Shown here: positions 39,290 through 48,181 of the stretch, one piece after another
Layout: each line of letters begins with the position of its first letter
Numbering within the stretch: position 1 is the stretch's first letter
Program-made: the position numbers and the translations under genes
Origin: Bacteroidia bacterium
Lineage (GTDB): Bacteria; Bacteroidota; Bacteroidia; Chitinophagales; BACL12
Length of the DNA stretch: 58,540 nucleotides
Assembly: GCA_030432405.1 (NCBI GenBank)
Contig: JAUIHG010000003.1
Coordinates: 1-58,540, forward strand
Reading direction: 5' to 3'
Notes under the pieces: model-generated
Seen by the model: only the letters and a program-made list of their open reading frames with translations
Told to the model about the DNA's origin: nothing
Database searches by the model: none

Positions 39290-39363
39290 ATTCGAGGCCT
39301 GGATTACGCAGGACGCTGCCGATTAAAGTACCGCCAGACCAATCGATATCCGAAATTTGCCGC

Positions 39364-39870
39364 ATGGCTCCCCTTGATGCACACGAGGCTTCGGATGCCG
39401 GGGCGTTCCGGGATTCGGACCCTGAAGCAACCCCGATCCACTTTTTTGAAGAGGATATTGCGTTTGAGGTACCCAAGCCGGACCTGGTGCGGCAATGGGT
39501 GCTCGACACGGCCGCTCACGAAGGCTTTGAGGTGGAGAGCTTGAATTTCATTTTCTGCAGCGATGCCCATTTGCTGGGCATCAACCAGCAATATCTGGAG
39601 CACGACACCTTCACGGACATCATCACCTTCCCCTACCACGAGGAGGAACAGCGGATTCAGGGCGATGTGTTCATCAGCGTCGAGCGGGTGCGCGAAAACG
39701 CGGAGGCTTTTGGGGTGCCTTTTAGCCACGAGCTGCACCGTGTGATCATCCACGGAGTCTTGCACCTTTCGGGCTACGTGGACGGGACGGAGGCCGACAA
39801 GGCCTTCATGCGCAAAAAGGAGGACTTCTACCTGGACCGACGGAGCCGGGAATTGTCCACTGGGGCCTGA
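39364..39870 (+). CDS. ybeY: rRNA maturation RNase YbeY
   Basis: TDIITF, GDVFIS, HRVIIHGVLHLSGY. Confidence 0.95.
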   Translation: MAPLDAHEASDAGAFRDSDPEATPIHFFEEDIAFEVPKPDLVRQWVLDTAAHEGFEVESLNFIFCSDAHLLGINQQYLEHDTFTDIITFPYHEEEQRIQGDVFISVERVRENAEAFGVPFSHELHRVIIHGVLHLSGYVDGTEADKAFMRKKEDFYLDRRSRELSTGA

Positions 39871-39921
39871 GCCTGTGCTCGGCGCATGCCCTTGGATCGA
39901 CTTCCGCCCCATCACCGGCCA

Positions 39922-40167
39922 TGTTTCACGTGGAACCACTTTCTAGCGGATGCTGCAGCGGCATTGCGGTGTTCCACGTGGAACATGGTGGCTCGGAGGG
40001 CAATGGGGCGCTTGCTCCAAGGCCTGGCCACAGCGTGTCTGATGGGATGTTTCACGTGAAACATCACGTTTCCATGGTACACCCCATCACCGGGACCCTA
40101 GCACAAGTTCCACGCGGAATAAACTTGCCGTGCTTAAGGCGCACGTATACATGTTCCACGTGGAACA
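39922..40167. other. parS: Cluster of parS chromosome-partition sites
   Basis: TGTTTCACGTGGAACC 39922-39937; TGTTCCACGTGGAACA 39970-39985; TGTTTCACGTGAAACA 40048-40063; degenerate AGTTCCACGCGGAATA 40106-40121; TGTTCCACGTGGAACA 40152-40167; these match the ParB consensus TGTTNCACGTGAAACA. Confidence 0.92.
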
Positions 40168-40261
40168 ATGGACCAAGAGCCCCCACCTACACGAATGCTT
40201 TCGCCTGCAGGCGAAAACAAAACGCTGCACACACGAGCACCCGGATGGCGCCCGGTACCTG

Positions 40262-40269
40262 TAGTTTTG
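40262..40269 (+). promoter_or_regulatory. Bacteroidota -7 promoter element for mnmG
   Basis: TAGTTTTG, 4 nt before the GTG start. Confidence 0.5.
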
Positions 40270-40273
40270 CGGC

Positions 40274-42136
40274 GTGTTCCCCAAATACGACGTCATTGTA
40301 GTAGGAGCCGGCCATGCTGGATGTGAAGCAGCAGCGGCTGCAGCAAACCTGGGTTCCAGCACCCTGCTGGTTACCATGAACATGCAGACCATCGCACAGA
40401 TGAGCTGCAATCCCGCCATGGGGGGCGTTGCCAAAGGCCAAATCGTACGGGAAATCGATGCGCTCGGGGGCTATTCCGGTATCGTGACCGACCGCACGAT
40501 GATCCAATTCCGCATGCTCAACCGGTCCAAAGGCCCAGCCATGTGGAGTCCACGGGCCCAAAGCGACCGCATGCTCTTCGCGGCCGAATGGCGGCGCATG
40601 CTCGAAAACACGCCCCACCTGGACTTCTGGCAGGAAATGGTGACGGGACTTTGGATCGAGCATGACCAGCTAAAAGGGGTTGAGACTAGCCTGGGACTTA
40701 AAATCCCGGGCAAAACCGTGGTGCTCACCAACGGAACCTTCCTGAACGGCACCATCCACGTAGGCCTCAAACAGTTTGGTGGAGGCCGTATGGGCGAGCG
40801 CGCGGCCACTGGCCTTACCGCACAACTGGAGGGACTCGGCTTTGCGTCCGGGCGCATGAAAACAGGCACACCACCCCGGGTGGACGGCCGTTCCCTGCAC
40901 TTTGACCGCATGGAAGAACAGCCCGGAGACCTTGATGTTGAAGGCTTCAGCTACCTCGAGAAGGCCAAACTGCAGCGCCAACGGCCCTGCCATATCGCAT
41001 ACACCAATCCAGGAGTACACGAGATCCTCGCCGGAGCATTTGACCAAAGCCCCATGTTTACCGGGCGTATTCAGGCTCAGGGACCGCGCTATTGTCCTTC
41101 CATCGAAGACAAGATTGACCGTTTTGCCGACCGGGACCGCCATCAGCTCTTTGTCGAGCCCGAAGGCTGGGATACCGTGGAGTATTACATTAACGGCTTT
41201 TCAACGAGCCTTCCGGAATCGGTGCAGTTCGAAGCGCTGCGTCAGGTACCCGGCTTTGAGGATGTCCGCTTCTTCCGTCCGGGTTACGCCATTGAATACG
41301 ATTACTTCCCTCCTACCCAGCTCCGCTATACCCTGGAAACCAAACTGGTGGAAGGCTTGTACTTTGCCGGTCAGATCAACGGTACCACAGGCTACGAAGA
41401 AGCCGGCAGTCAGGGCTTGATGGCGGGCATCAACGCACACCTAAAAGCCGCCAACGCAACACCTTTTGTCCTGGGCCGCAACGAGGCCTATATCGGCGTA
41501 TTGATCGACGACCTGATCCACAAAGGCACCGAGGAGCCCTACCGCATGTTCACGTCAAGGGCCGAATTCCGCTTGCTGCTGCGTCAGGACAACGCTGACT
41601 TGCGCTTGACGCCCAAAGCGCATGCGCTTGGTCTTGCATCCGATGCACGGATGGAAAGGGCCGAACGCAAAGCCCAGGCTACCGCAGCCATATCCAGCTA
41701 TATGGAGACCCATTCGGCAGCGCCGGAGGCCATCAACCCGATGCTGGAAGCGCAGGGGACTTCGCCGGTTCGCCAAAAGACACGCTTGAACCTACTGTTG
41801 GCGCGCCCCCAGCTGCATATGCCAGACCTGGCCGAAGCCCTGCCGGAACTGGCACAAATGCTGGCGGAGCATTCGCCGGAGGCGGCACAACAAGCGGAGA
41901 TCGGGATCAAGTATGCCGGCTACCTGGAAAAGGAACAGGAACAGGTGGAGAAGATGCAGCGTCTGGAAAGAGTACCCATCCCCAAGGGGTTCAACTACCT
42001 TGAATTGACATCGCTGTCCAGCGAATCCAGAGAGAAACTAAGTGCTCTTCAACCGGAAAACATTGGCCAGGCCAGCCGCATCTCCGGCGTATCCCCTTCG
42101 GATGTGTCCGTTTTGATGGTCTACCTGGGCCGCTAA
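40274..42136 (+). CDS. mnmG: tRNA uridine-5-carboxymethylaminomethyl modification enzyme MnmG (GidA)
   Basis: GAGHAGCEAA, MSCNPAMGG, KTGTPPR, GPRYCPSIEDK, GQINGTTGYEEA, YRMFTSRAE. Confidence 0.98.
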   Translation: MFPKYDVIVVGAGHAGCEAAAAAANLGSSTLLVTMNMQTIAQMSCNPAMGGVAKGQIVREIDALGGYSGIVTDRTMIQFRMLNRSKGPAMWSPRAQSDRMLFAAEWRRMLENTPHLDFWQEMVTGLWIEHDQLKGVETSLGLKIPGKTVVLTNGTFLNGTIHVGLKQFGGGRMGERAATGLTAQLEGLGFASGRMKTGTPPRVDGRSLHFDRMEEQPGDLDVEGFSYLEKAKLQRQRPCHIAYTNPGVHEILAGAFDQSPMFTGRIQAQGPRYCPSIEDKIDRFADRDRHQLFVEPEGWDTVEYYINGFSTSLPESVQFEALRQVPGFEDVRFFRPGYAIEYDYFPPTQLRYTLETKLVEGLYFAGQINGTTGYEEAGSQGLMAGINAHLKAANATPFVLGRNEAYIGVLIDDLIHKGTEEPYRMFTSRAEFRLLLRQDNADLRLTPKAHALGLASDARMERAERKAQATAAISSYMETHSAAPEAINPMLEAQGTSPVRQKTRLNLLLARPQLHMPDLAEALPELAQMLAEHSPEAAQQAEIGIKYAGYLEKEQEQVEKMQRLERVPIPKGFNYLELTSLSSESREKLSALQPENIGQASRISGVSPSDVSVLMVYLGR

Positions 42137-42148
42137 ACTTCCCTGAAC

Positions 42149-43843
42149 ATGCCCGAAGCGGCTTTCCAACAACGCTGCCTTCAAAAGGCCAGAACGGTCC
42201 TGTGGCTCACGCTTGTGGTGTTGATGGGGGCCTGTGCGGAAATCGCTACCCCAACGGGAGGACCAAAAGATACCGAGGGCCCTACCGTACTAGAACAAAG
42301 GCCCGCCCAGGCAGCCGTCAATGTAGAGCCCGACAAGATCGTGGTGACCTACAACGAATTCATCACCATAAAGGATGCGTTCAACCAGGTGCTGATCAGC
42401 CCGCCTCTGGCGAACGATCCCGAATACATCGTGCGCGGCAGACGCCTGGAAATACGCCTTTTCGACACCCTCCAAAAAAACCGGACCTACCGTTTCTATC
42501 TCGGGGAAGCCGTGCGCGATCTCAACGAATCCAACGTGGTCCAGCAACAAGAAATCGTCTTCAGCACAGGTCCAACCATTGACTCGCTCACCCTGAAAGG
42601 CAGCATCCAGGACGCCTTTGATGCATCTGCAGCAGAAGGCATGATGGTTCTCCTGCATGCAGGCGTAGACCTGAATGTCCTTCGGGACCAGCCTCCGACA
42701 TACGCTACCCGGACCGACAAGAATGGGGCCTTTGCCTTCACCTATCTGGCGCACGGCACCTACACCTTATCGGCATTGGAAGACGCCAACTTCAACTACC
42801 GCTACGACTTGCCCAACGAGCGGATCGCTTTCCGGACCGAAGTCCTCAAACTGCGTTCCGATACGGTACTGGAGGAAGCCCTGCTCCGATTTGAAGCAGA
42901 CCAGGGCGAAGGCCAATTGATCAAAGCACGCTCGCCCCTACCCGGGCAAATCAACGCGACCTTCAACGGCATCGCCGATACCGCCACGGTGGAATGGACT
43001 CCAGCGCCCATCCACGTACTCTGGAATCCGCGAAAGGATTCGGTCAAAGCCTGGTTCGCCCGCCGCGACCTGGATTCGGTATTGCTCCGCCAAAGCTTAC
43101 CCGATACGCTGGTGGAACGCTACGTGGCCATGAAAACAGCCTCCGGCTCTGCCGGCGAAGACGCCCCTCCCCCGCTGCGCATAAACACCAACCTTTCGCC
43201 GAAGGCGGGAGGCAAGGGGGCGGAAGCCACACAGGAATGGATTCAGGAGCTCAATGCACCATTGATGCTGCGTTTTAACCGTCCCGTGGTCGATTGGGAT
43301 ACCAGCCGCATAACGCTTATCGCAGACAGTTCAGGTGCCACACATCCCTACCGCTTTGCATGGGTCAACGGTCCGCGTACCGTGGCGCATATGACCACCA
43401 CCTGGCCGGAAGCCACTACCATGCGCTGGACCGTTTTGCCCGGTGCATTTACCGGATTGTGGGAAACAACCAACGACAGCCTCCAGCGCTTGTTCAACAC
43501 CAAAAGCAAAGACGCTTACGGGGCCATGGAATGGACCATACGGGGCGACACCAGCAGCCTGTACCTGCTGGAGTTGCTCAACAGCCAGGATGTGGTGGTC
43601 AACCGAACACGCTGCCTGGGATCCTGCACCTGGAACCTGGACCGCATTGCGGCCGGCAGTTATCGGATGCGCGCCATCGTGGACCGCAACCAAAATGGCC
43701 GTTGGGATCCCGGTGCACTGGAAACGCGCCGTCAGCCGGAACCCGTCCGCTACCATGGCGAAACCCTATCCTTGAGAGCCAATTGGACGTTGGAAAATAT
43801 ATGGGATATAAACAATGTTCAAAAGGCTGATAATCAACCTTAA
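42149..43843 (+). CDS. Ig-like (Big_5) domain lipoprotein
   Basis: Lipobox MGAC, PTGGPKDTEGP, FSTGPTIDSL, DRNQNGRWDPG..RQPE..LRANW. Confidence 0.82.
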   Translation: MPEAAFQQRCLQKARTVLWLTLVVLMGACAEIATPTGGPKDTEGPTVLEQRPAQAAVNVEPDKIVVTYNEFITIKDAFNQVLISPPLANDPEYIVRGRRLEIRLFDTLQKNRTYRFYLGEAVRDLNESNVVQQQEIVFSTGPTIDSLTLKGSIQDAFDASAAEGMMVLLHAGVDLNVLRDQPPTYATRTDKNGAFAFTYLAHGTYTLSALEDANFNYRYDLPNERIAFRTEVLKLRSDTVLEEALLRFEADQGEGQLIKARSPLPGQINATFNGIADTATVEWTPAPIHVLWNPRKDSVKAWFARRDLDSVLLRQSLPDTLVERYVAMKTASGSAGEDAPPPLRINTNLSPKAGGKGAEATQEWIQELNAPLMLRFNRPVVDWDTSRITLIADSSGATHPYRFAWVNGPRTVAHMTTTWPEATTMRWTVLPGAFTGLWETTNDSLQRLFNTKSKDAYGAMEWTIRGDTSSLYLLELLNSQDVVVNRTRCLGSCTWNLDRIAAGSYRMRAIVDRNQNGRWDPGALETRRQPEPVRYHGETLSLRANWTLENIWDINNVQKADNQP

Positions 43844-44094
43844 AACAAGGGCCTTCAGATGGCCGCCTTCCTACGAACGCACAACCCCCGACACCATGGA
43901 CGCGCCAAACGCCAAAACGGCTTAAACGGCCGCTAAGAGCCCCTCAGCGCATTTGGGCTTGATGCACACACTATACGGCATACGATTTCCACACCCAGCC
44001 CACAGTGTGCATTTGGAAATAGCAAAGCACTCCAAACGGAGCAACTCACATACGAAAGAATTGGCGCCGATGACCAGCCCCCTTCGACGCATGC

Positions 44095-44499
44095 CTAGAA
44101 CGGCAGATCGTCGTCGTAGGGCTGATCGCCTCCGGCAGGCGGCGCATCGTCCATACTGGGGAAACCGGGATCGGCATCAACGCCTTCGCCGGTAGGCGCG
44201 GCACCACCACCGGCTGCTTCCAAACGCCATGCCTGCAGATTGGTGAAGTAGCTCACCCGGCCGTCGCGCTCCCAGCGCTTGCCCTTGATGTCAAAGTTGA
44301 CCTTGACCTCCTGGCCGACCTGGAATTGATCCAACACGTCAACCTTGTCTTGAATGAGCTGAAACTTGATGGGGTCAAAAAACTGACGGCCATTGCGCTC
44401 TTCCTGCAATTCCACTACAAACTCGCGTTTGCGGAAGGTTGGCGTAGGCTGTTCGGTATCGAAGACTTCAATCAGTTTACCGGTCAATTCGTAGCTCAT
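44095..44499 (-). CDS. DUF3127 domain protein (OB-fold, SSB-like tail)
   Basis: ELTGKL, FRKREFVV, IKFQL.QDK, FTNLQAWRLE, C-terminal DDDLPF. Confidence 0.85.
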   Translation of the reverse strand: MSYELTGKLIEVFDTEQPTPTFRKREFVVELQEERNGRQFFDPIKFQLIQDKVDVLDQFQVGQEVKVNFDIKGKRWERDGRVSYFTNLQAWRLEAAGGGAAPTGEGVDADPGFPSMDDAPPAGGDQPYDDDLPF

Positions 44500-44692
44500 G
44501 GCAAAGGGGATCGCAAGGTCTGCGGAAGGTCCAAAAATGCGCACGCCCATCCACGGCAAGCGGCACACGCGAGCAACAGTAGATTGGGGGAAATGCGGCG
44601 TCAAAGATACGGGATCGCAGGCCCTGTGAAGCCTGAACCAAACCCGTGTTGCCGCATACATCCCCATTCAATACGCTGCATGCCCTGTAGCG

Positions 44693-44700
44693 TAGTTTTG
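44693..44700 (+). promoter_or_regulatory. Bacteroidota -7 promoter element for purKE
   Basis: TAGTTTTG, 6 nt before the purK ATG. Confidence 0.5.
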
Positions 44701-44706
44701 CCGCAC

Positions 44707-45858
44707 ATGGAGCAATCACCGCATTCCGCCACCGCGCACATCGGCATCATCGGTGGCGGACAATTGGCCCGCATGATGGCCGTCAGTGCCCGGCGGCTTG
44801 GCTGTGCGGTGAGCATCCTGGATCCAGACCCGGATGCCCCAGCAATGGCCCTGGCCGACCGGCACATTGAAGCGAGCTACTTCGACGCCCAGGCCATTCG
44901 AAATCTGGTCAGAAGCACCGACGCGTGTACGGTGGACCTGGAAAACGTGGACAGCGCCGCTTTGCTGGAATTGCAAAAAGAAGGGCACCGCATCGTCCCG
45001 GAACCCGCCCTCCTTTCCATCATTCAGGACAAACGCAAACAAAAAAAAGCGTTCCGCGAAAAGGGCATTCCCACGGCGGAATTTGCCGATATGCCAGAGC
45101 CAGTGCCCGAGGCTTTTGCCGCCTTTGGCTACCCCCTTGTGCACAAAGCCGGCAAGGGCGGCTACGACGGCAAAGGCGTATCCATCCTCCACTCCGAGAC
45201 AGACTGGGACAAGCATCTGAAAGTAGCCGGACTTGTGGAACGAATGGTCCAATACGAGAAAGAACTGGCCGTTCTGGTGGCACGCAGCAGCGATGGAACC
45301 TGTGCTGTCTACGATCCGGTAGAAATGGTTTTTTTACCAGAAGCCAACGTATTGGATTTGCTTTTGGCACCGGCACGCATTGAAGAAGCCCTGACCAAAA
45401 AAGCACAACAGGTGGCTGTGCATGCCATAGAAGCGTTGGATGGAGTTGGCCTGTTTGGCGTTGAATTGTTTTTGTGCGCTGACGGCCAAATCCTGGTCAA
45501 CGAGATAGCACCGCGGACGCACAATTCCGGCCACCACACTATTGAAGCCTGCGATACAGACCAATTCGAGCAGCACATCCGCGCGGTACTCGGATTGCCC
45601 CTGGGCAGCACCAAACTGCTTTGCCCCGCCGCACTGGTCAACCTGCTGGGCGCTGATGCCGGCAGCGGAAAACCCAAAGTCTTCGGCCTGGCAGAAGCCT
45701 TGGCCATACCCGGCGTGCATGTACACCTCTACGGAAAGCGCATGACCAAACCCTTCCGCAAAATGGGACACGCCACAGCTCTGGCGGCCACACAGGAAGA
45801 AGCCATGGAAAAAGCACGCAAAGCACGCAACCTATTGCGCATTCTACCTGCGGAATAA
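44707..45858 (+). CDS. purK: N5-CAIR synthase
   Basis: IGIIGGGQLARM, GGYDGKGV, NEIAPRTHNSGH, HLYGK..KPFRKMGH. Confidence 0.96.
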   Translation: MEQSPHSATAHIGIIGGGQLARMMAVSARRLGCAVSILDPDPDAPAMALADRHIEASYFDAQAIRNLVRSTDACTVDLENVDSAALLELQKEGHRIVPEPALLSIIQDKRKQKKAFREKGIPTAEFADMPEPVPEAFAAFGYPLVHKAGKGGYDGKGVSILHSETDWDKHLKVAGLVERMVQYEKELAVLVARSSDGTCAVYDPVEMVFLPEANVLDLLLAPARIEEALTKKAQQVAVHAIEALDGVGLFGVELFLCADGQILVNEIAPRTHNSGHHTIEACDTDQFEQHIRAVLGLPLGSTKLLCPAALVNLLGADAGSGKPKVFGLAEALAIPGVHVHLYGKRMTKPFRKMGHATALAATQEEAMEKARKARNLLRILPAE

Positions 45859-45921
45859 ACCAGCATCAAAACGCCACACCGCCCCGGAAGCAAACGCTCG
45901 ACACCCCAACAATCCAGGTAC

Positions 45922-46422
45922 ATGTCCACTCCAACCCCTTCGCCCCTAGTGGGCGTCATCATGGGCAGCGATTCCGACTGGCCCGTCATGAAAGCCGCCA
46001 CGGAGATGCTCGAGCAATTCGGGATCCCGTATGAAAAATCCGTGGTCTCCGCGCACCGCACGCCCAAACGCCTGTACGACTACGCAGCCTGTGCACGGGG
46101 TCGCGGCATTCGCGTGATCATTGCCGGTGCCGGAGGCGCTGCGCATTTGCCCGGAATGGTCGCCGCCATAACACCCTTGCCGGTCATCGGGGTACCGGTC
46201 AAAAGCAGCGCCCTTTCGGGCGAAGACTCCCTGCTTTCCATTGTGCAGATGCCCCGCGGTGTACCCGTTGCCACCGTAGCCATCAACGGCGCTCAAAACG
46301 CGGGCATTCTTGCCGCACAAATGATCGGCATCCAGCAAGAAGCCATTTTGCAGAAGGTCGCTGACTACAAAAAAAACCTGGAACAACAGGTATTGGCCAA
46401 ATCAGTCCAACTTGGAACATAA
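45922..46422 (+). CDS. purE: N5-CAIR mutase
   Basis: [34 protein letters not shown]. Confidence 0.97.
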   Translation: MSTPTPSPLVGVIMGSDSDWPVMKAATEMLEQFGIPYEKSVVSAHRTPKRLYDYAACARGRGIRVIIAGAGGAAHLPGMVAAITPLPVIGVPVKSSALSGEDSLLSIVQMPRGVPVATVAINGAQNAGILAAQMIGIQQEAILQKVADYKKNLEQQVLAKSVQLGT

Positions 46423-46499
46423 ACGACCAACATTGACGTATTGCCGGCACGTGAACACAGTCCAACGCCCAGCTTGGCGTAAATTGCCGGTCCACTCAC

Positions 46500-47003
46500 A
46501 TGCATCACCAAACCGCTTGGTTGGTGGATATCGGTTATGTCGTTAAGGTAGGTAGCAAGCGTTTTAAACTCGATTACACCGTCACCGCCAACTGGTTGTC
46601 GGATCGATATGGTCCCACAGCCACTTTTTTGTTCAATGGGTACGATCGGGAACTTGGCATCCCCGATGGCCTGCACAAATTCTACGACGCCATGCGCGCC
46701 GAAGGAATGAAGGTTTGCCTTCATCCCATGTCGGGCAGTCCCTACGGACGGGACCATCGACAGCGCCGCGTGGACGTGGATATGGCAGCCCATCTGGTCT
46801 GGCAATCCTTTCTTCCGGAAGTGGGCCAAATCGTGATCACCACTGGTGATCAGGATTTCCGGCCCGCCGTAGACATCGCCAGAGAGCAGGCCAACAAGCA
46901 CATCGTCTTGTTGAGCTATGCCCAGGACGTGTCCGCGGACCTCATTTCAGGGGTTCACGAACACCTCCGGCTGGACGATTTCCAGGAGCTGCTCGCCCGT
47001 TGA
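46500..47003 (+). CDS. NYN/LabA (PIN-like) domain protein
   Basis: WLVD, QRRVDVDMA, TGDQDFRP acidic motifs, SADL. Confidence 0.75.
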   Translation: MHHQTAWLVDIGYVVKVGSKRFKLDYTVTANWLSDRYGPTATFLFNGYDRELGIPDGLHKFYDAMRAEGMKVCLHPMSGSPYGRDHRQRRVDVDMAAHLVWQSFLPEVGQIVITTGDQDFRPAVDIAREQANKHIVLLSYAQDVSADLISGVHEHLRLDDFQELLAR

Positions 47004-47219
47004 ACCAGTCCCCTTAGGGGGTTTTTGATCGGTGCCCAGTGCATCAAGGGAGTGCTATGCCCTACCGCTTCTACCCATATTGACGGGTGGTACAGGCCCT
47101 TTTGCCCAAACCTTAACGTTTCGAAGACGTTTGTGACGGCTTTCGGCATCCATTTTGATACCAGGCCGTATACAACGAACGTTTCATGCACGCCCCGCAC
47201 CGGGCCAAAAACCATTCCT

Positions 47220-47870
47220 ATGAACAGATTCCTTGCCGCGGCCCTTGTAGCCGCCATGATTGCCGCCTGGTCCCCGCATAGCGCCCAGGCACAGGTGTTT
47301 ACGTTCGGCCCAAAGGCCGGCTTCACCTTCACCCAGTTTAACATCGACGAATCCAGCCTGGATCCCAGTGTGGACATCAACGACCTTCCGGACGGAAATA
47401 AGGTCGGCGTCACCGCGGGCGCTTTTTTCCAGGTGAACGTCGGCTTCCTGAACCTCCAGCCCGAAATCCTTTTCACGCAACAGACCAGCCAGTTGGCTTT
47501 CTCCGATATTTCGGTGTCGGACATCCAAAAAGTCCGCTTCAACCAACTGGACATCCCCCTGTTGGTGGGGCTGAACTTCGGGAAAGTGGTTCGCCTGCAG
47601 GCGGGTCCGGTCATGAACTACGTGCTGGATGTAGGTACGGAGCCGGGCGCTGGCAACTTGATCCAGGCAGCCGTCAACGACTTCGACAACCGTTCCTGGT
47701 CCTATCAGGTGGGCGGGGGCCTTGACCTCGGCCGACTTGCCCTGGACGTGCGCTATGGATCCACTTTCGGCAAACGCCAGGTCGGATTTGATGTGGATGG
47801 CACGACCGTCCCGATACGGGTAGGCCGTCAAGGCTGGACCGTTACCGCGGGCATCATGCTGCTGAAATAG
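47220..47870 (+). CDS. Outer-membrane beta-barrel (porin-family) protein
   Basis: Signal peptide ending AQAQ, FGPKAG, LQPEILF, LDIPLLVG, RLQAGP, LDVRY. Confidence 0.85.
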   Translation: MNRFLAAALVAAMIAAWSPHSAQAQVFTFGPKAGFTFTQFNIDESSLDPSVDINDLPDGNKVGVTAGAFFQVNVGFLNLQPEILFTQQTSQLAFSDISVSDIQKVRFNQLDIPLLVGLNFGKVVRLQAGPVMNYVLDVGTEPGAGNLIQAAVNDFDNRSWSYQVGGGLDLGRLALDVRYGSTFGKRQVGFDVDGTTVPIRVGRQGWTVTAGIMLLK

Positions 47871-48054
47871 CCACCTCAACGCCGCTCCCACAAAACGCCC
47901 CCGGTATTATGCCTACGGGCGCACAACGGCCCCGGGGAGGCCTTCGCCTACCGGCGAAAACACCCCTTTCCTGCATCTGGAATGGCGTGGCTCCGTGCCG
48001 CGCAGCAAGCCAGCACCCTGCATGGGCAAACCGCTGTACTGCTTGCGCAAAAAC

Positions 48055-48088
48055 AAAAAAAGGGATCGCGGTGCGGCGATCCCTTTTT
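48055..48088. terminator. Bidirectional Rho-independent terminator
   Basis: A7-GGGATCGC-GGTGCG-GCGATCCC-T5 between convergent genes. Confidence 0.8.
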
Positions 48089-48181
48089 CTATTGGCGTTT
48101 CCCAATGGTGGGATTCGGAATAATTTGGAACGTTCGGTACAAATAAAAGGCACCCATCCCCTTTCAGGCCTTCCCGGTGGT

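Noticed and set aside
39922-40167. Regularly recurring palindromes considered as a CRISPR array
   Set aside because: Repeats are only 16 bp, spacing is irregular, there are no cas genes, and they match the parS consensus.
39921-40301. 126-aa ORF beginning MFHVEP
   Set aside because: The FHVE/FHVK peptides are simply translations of the parS palindromes.
43844-44094. Convergent intergenic gap considered as oriC or sRNA
   Set aside because: No convincing DnaA-box cluster or recognisable RNA motif; only the A/C bias is notable, and that is reported separately.
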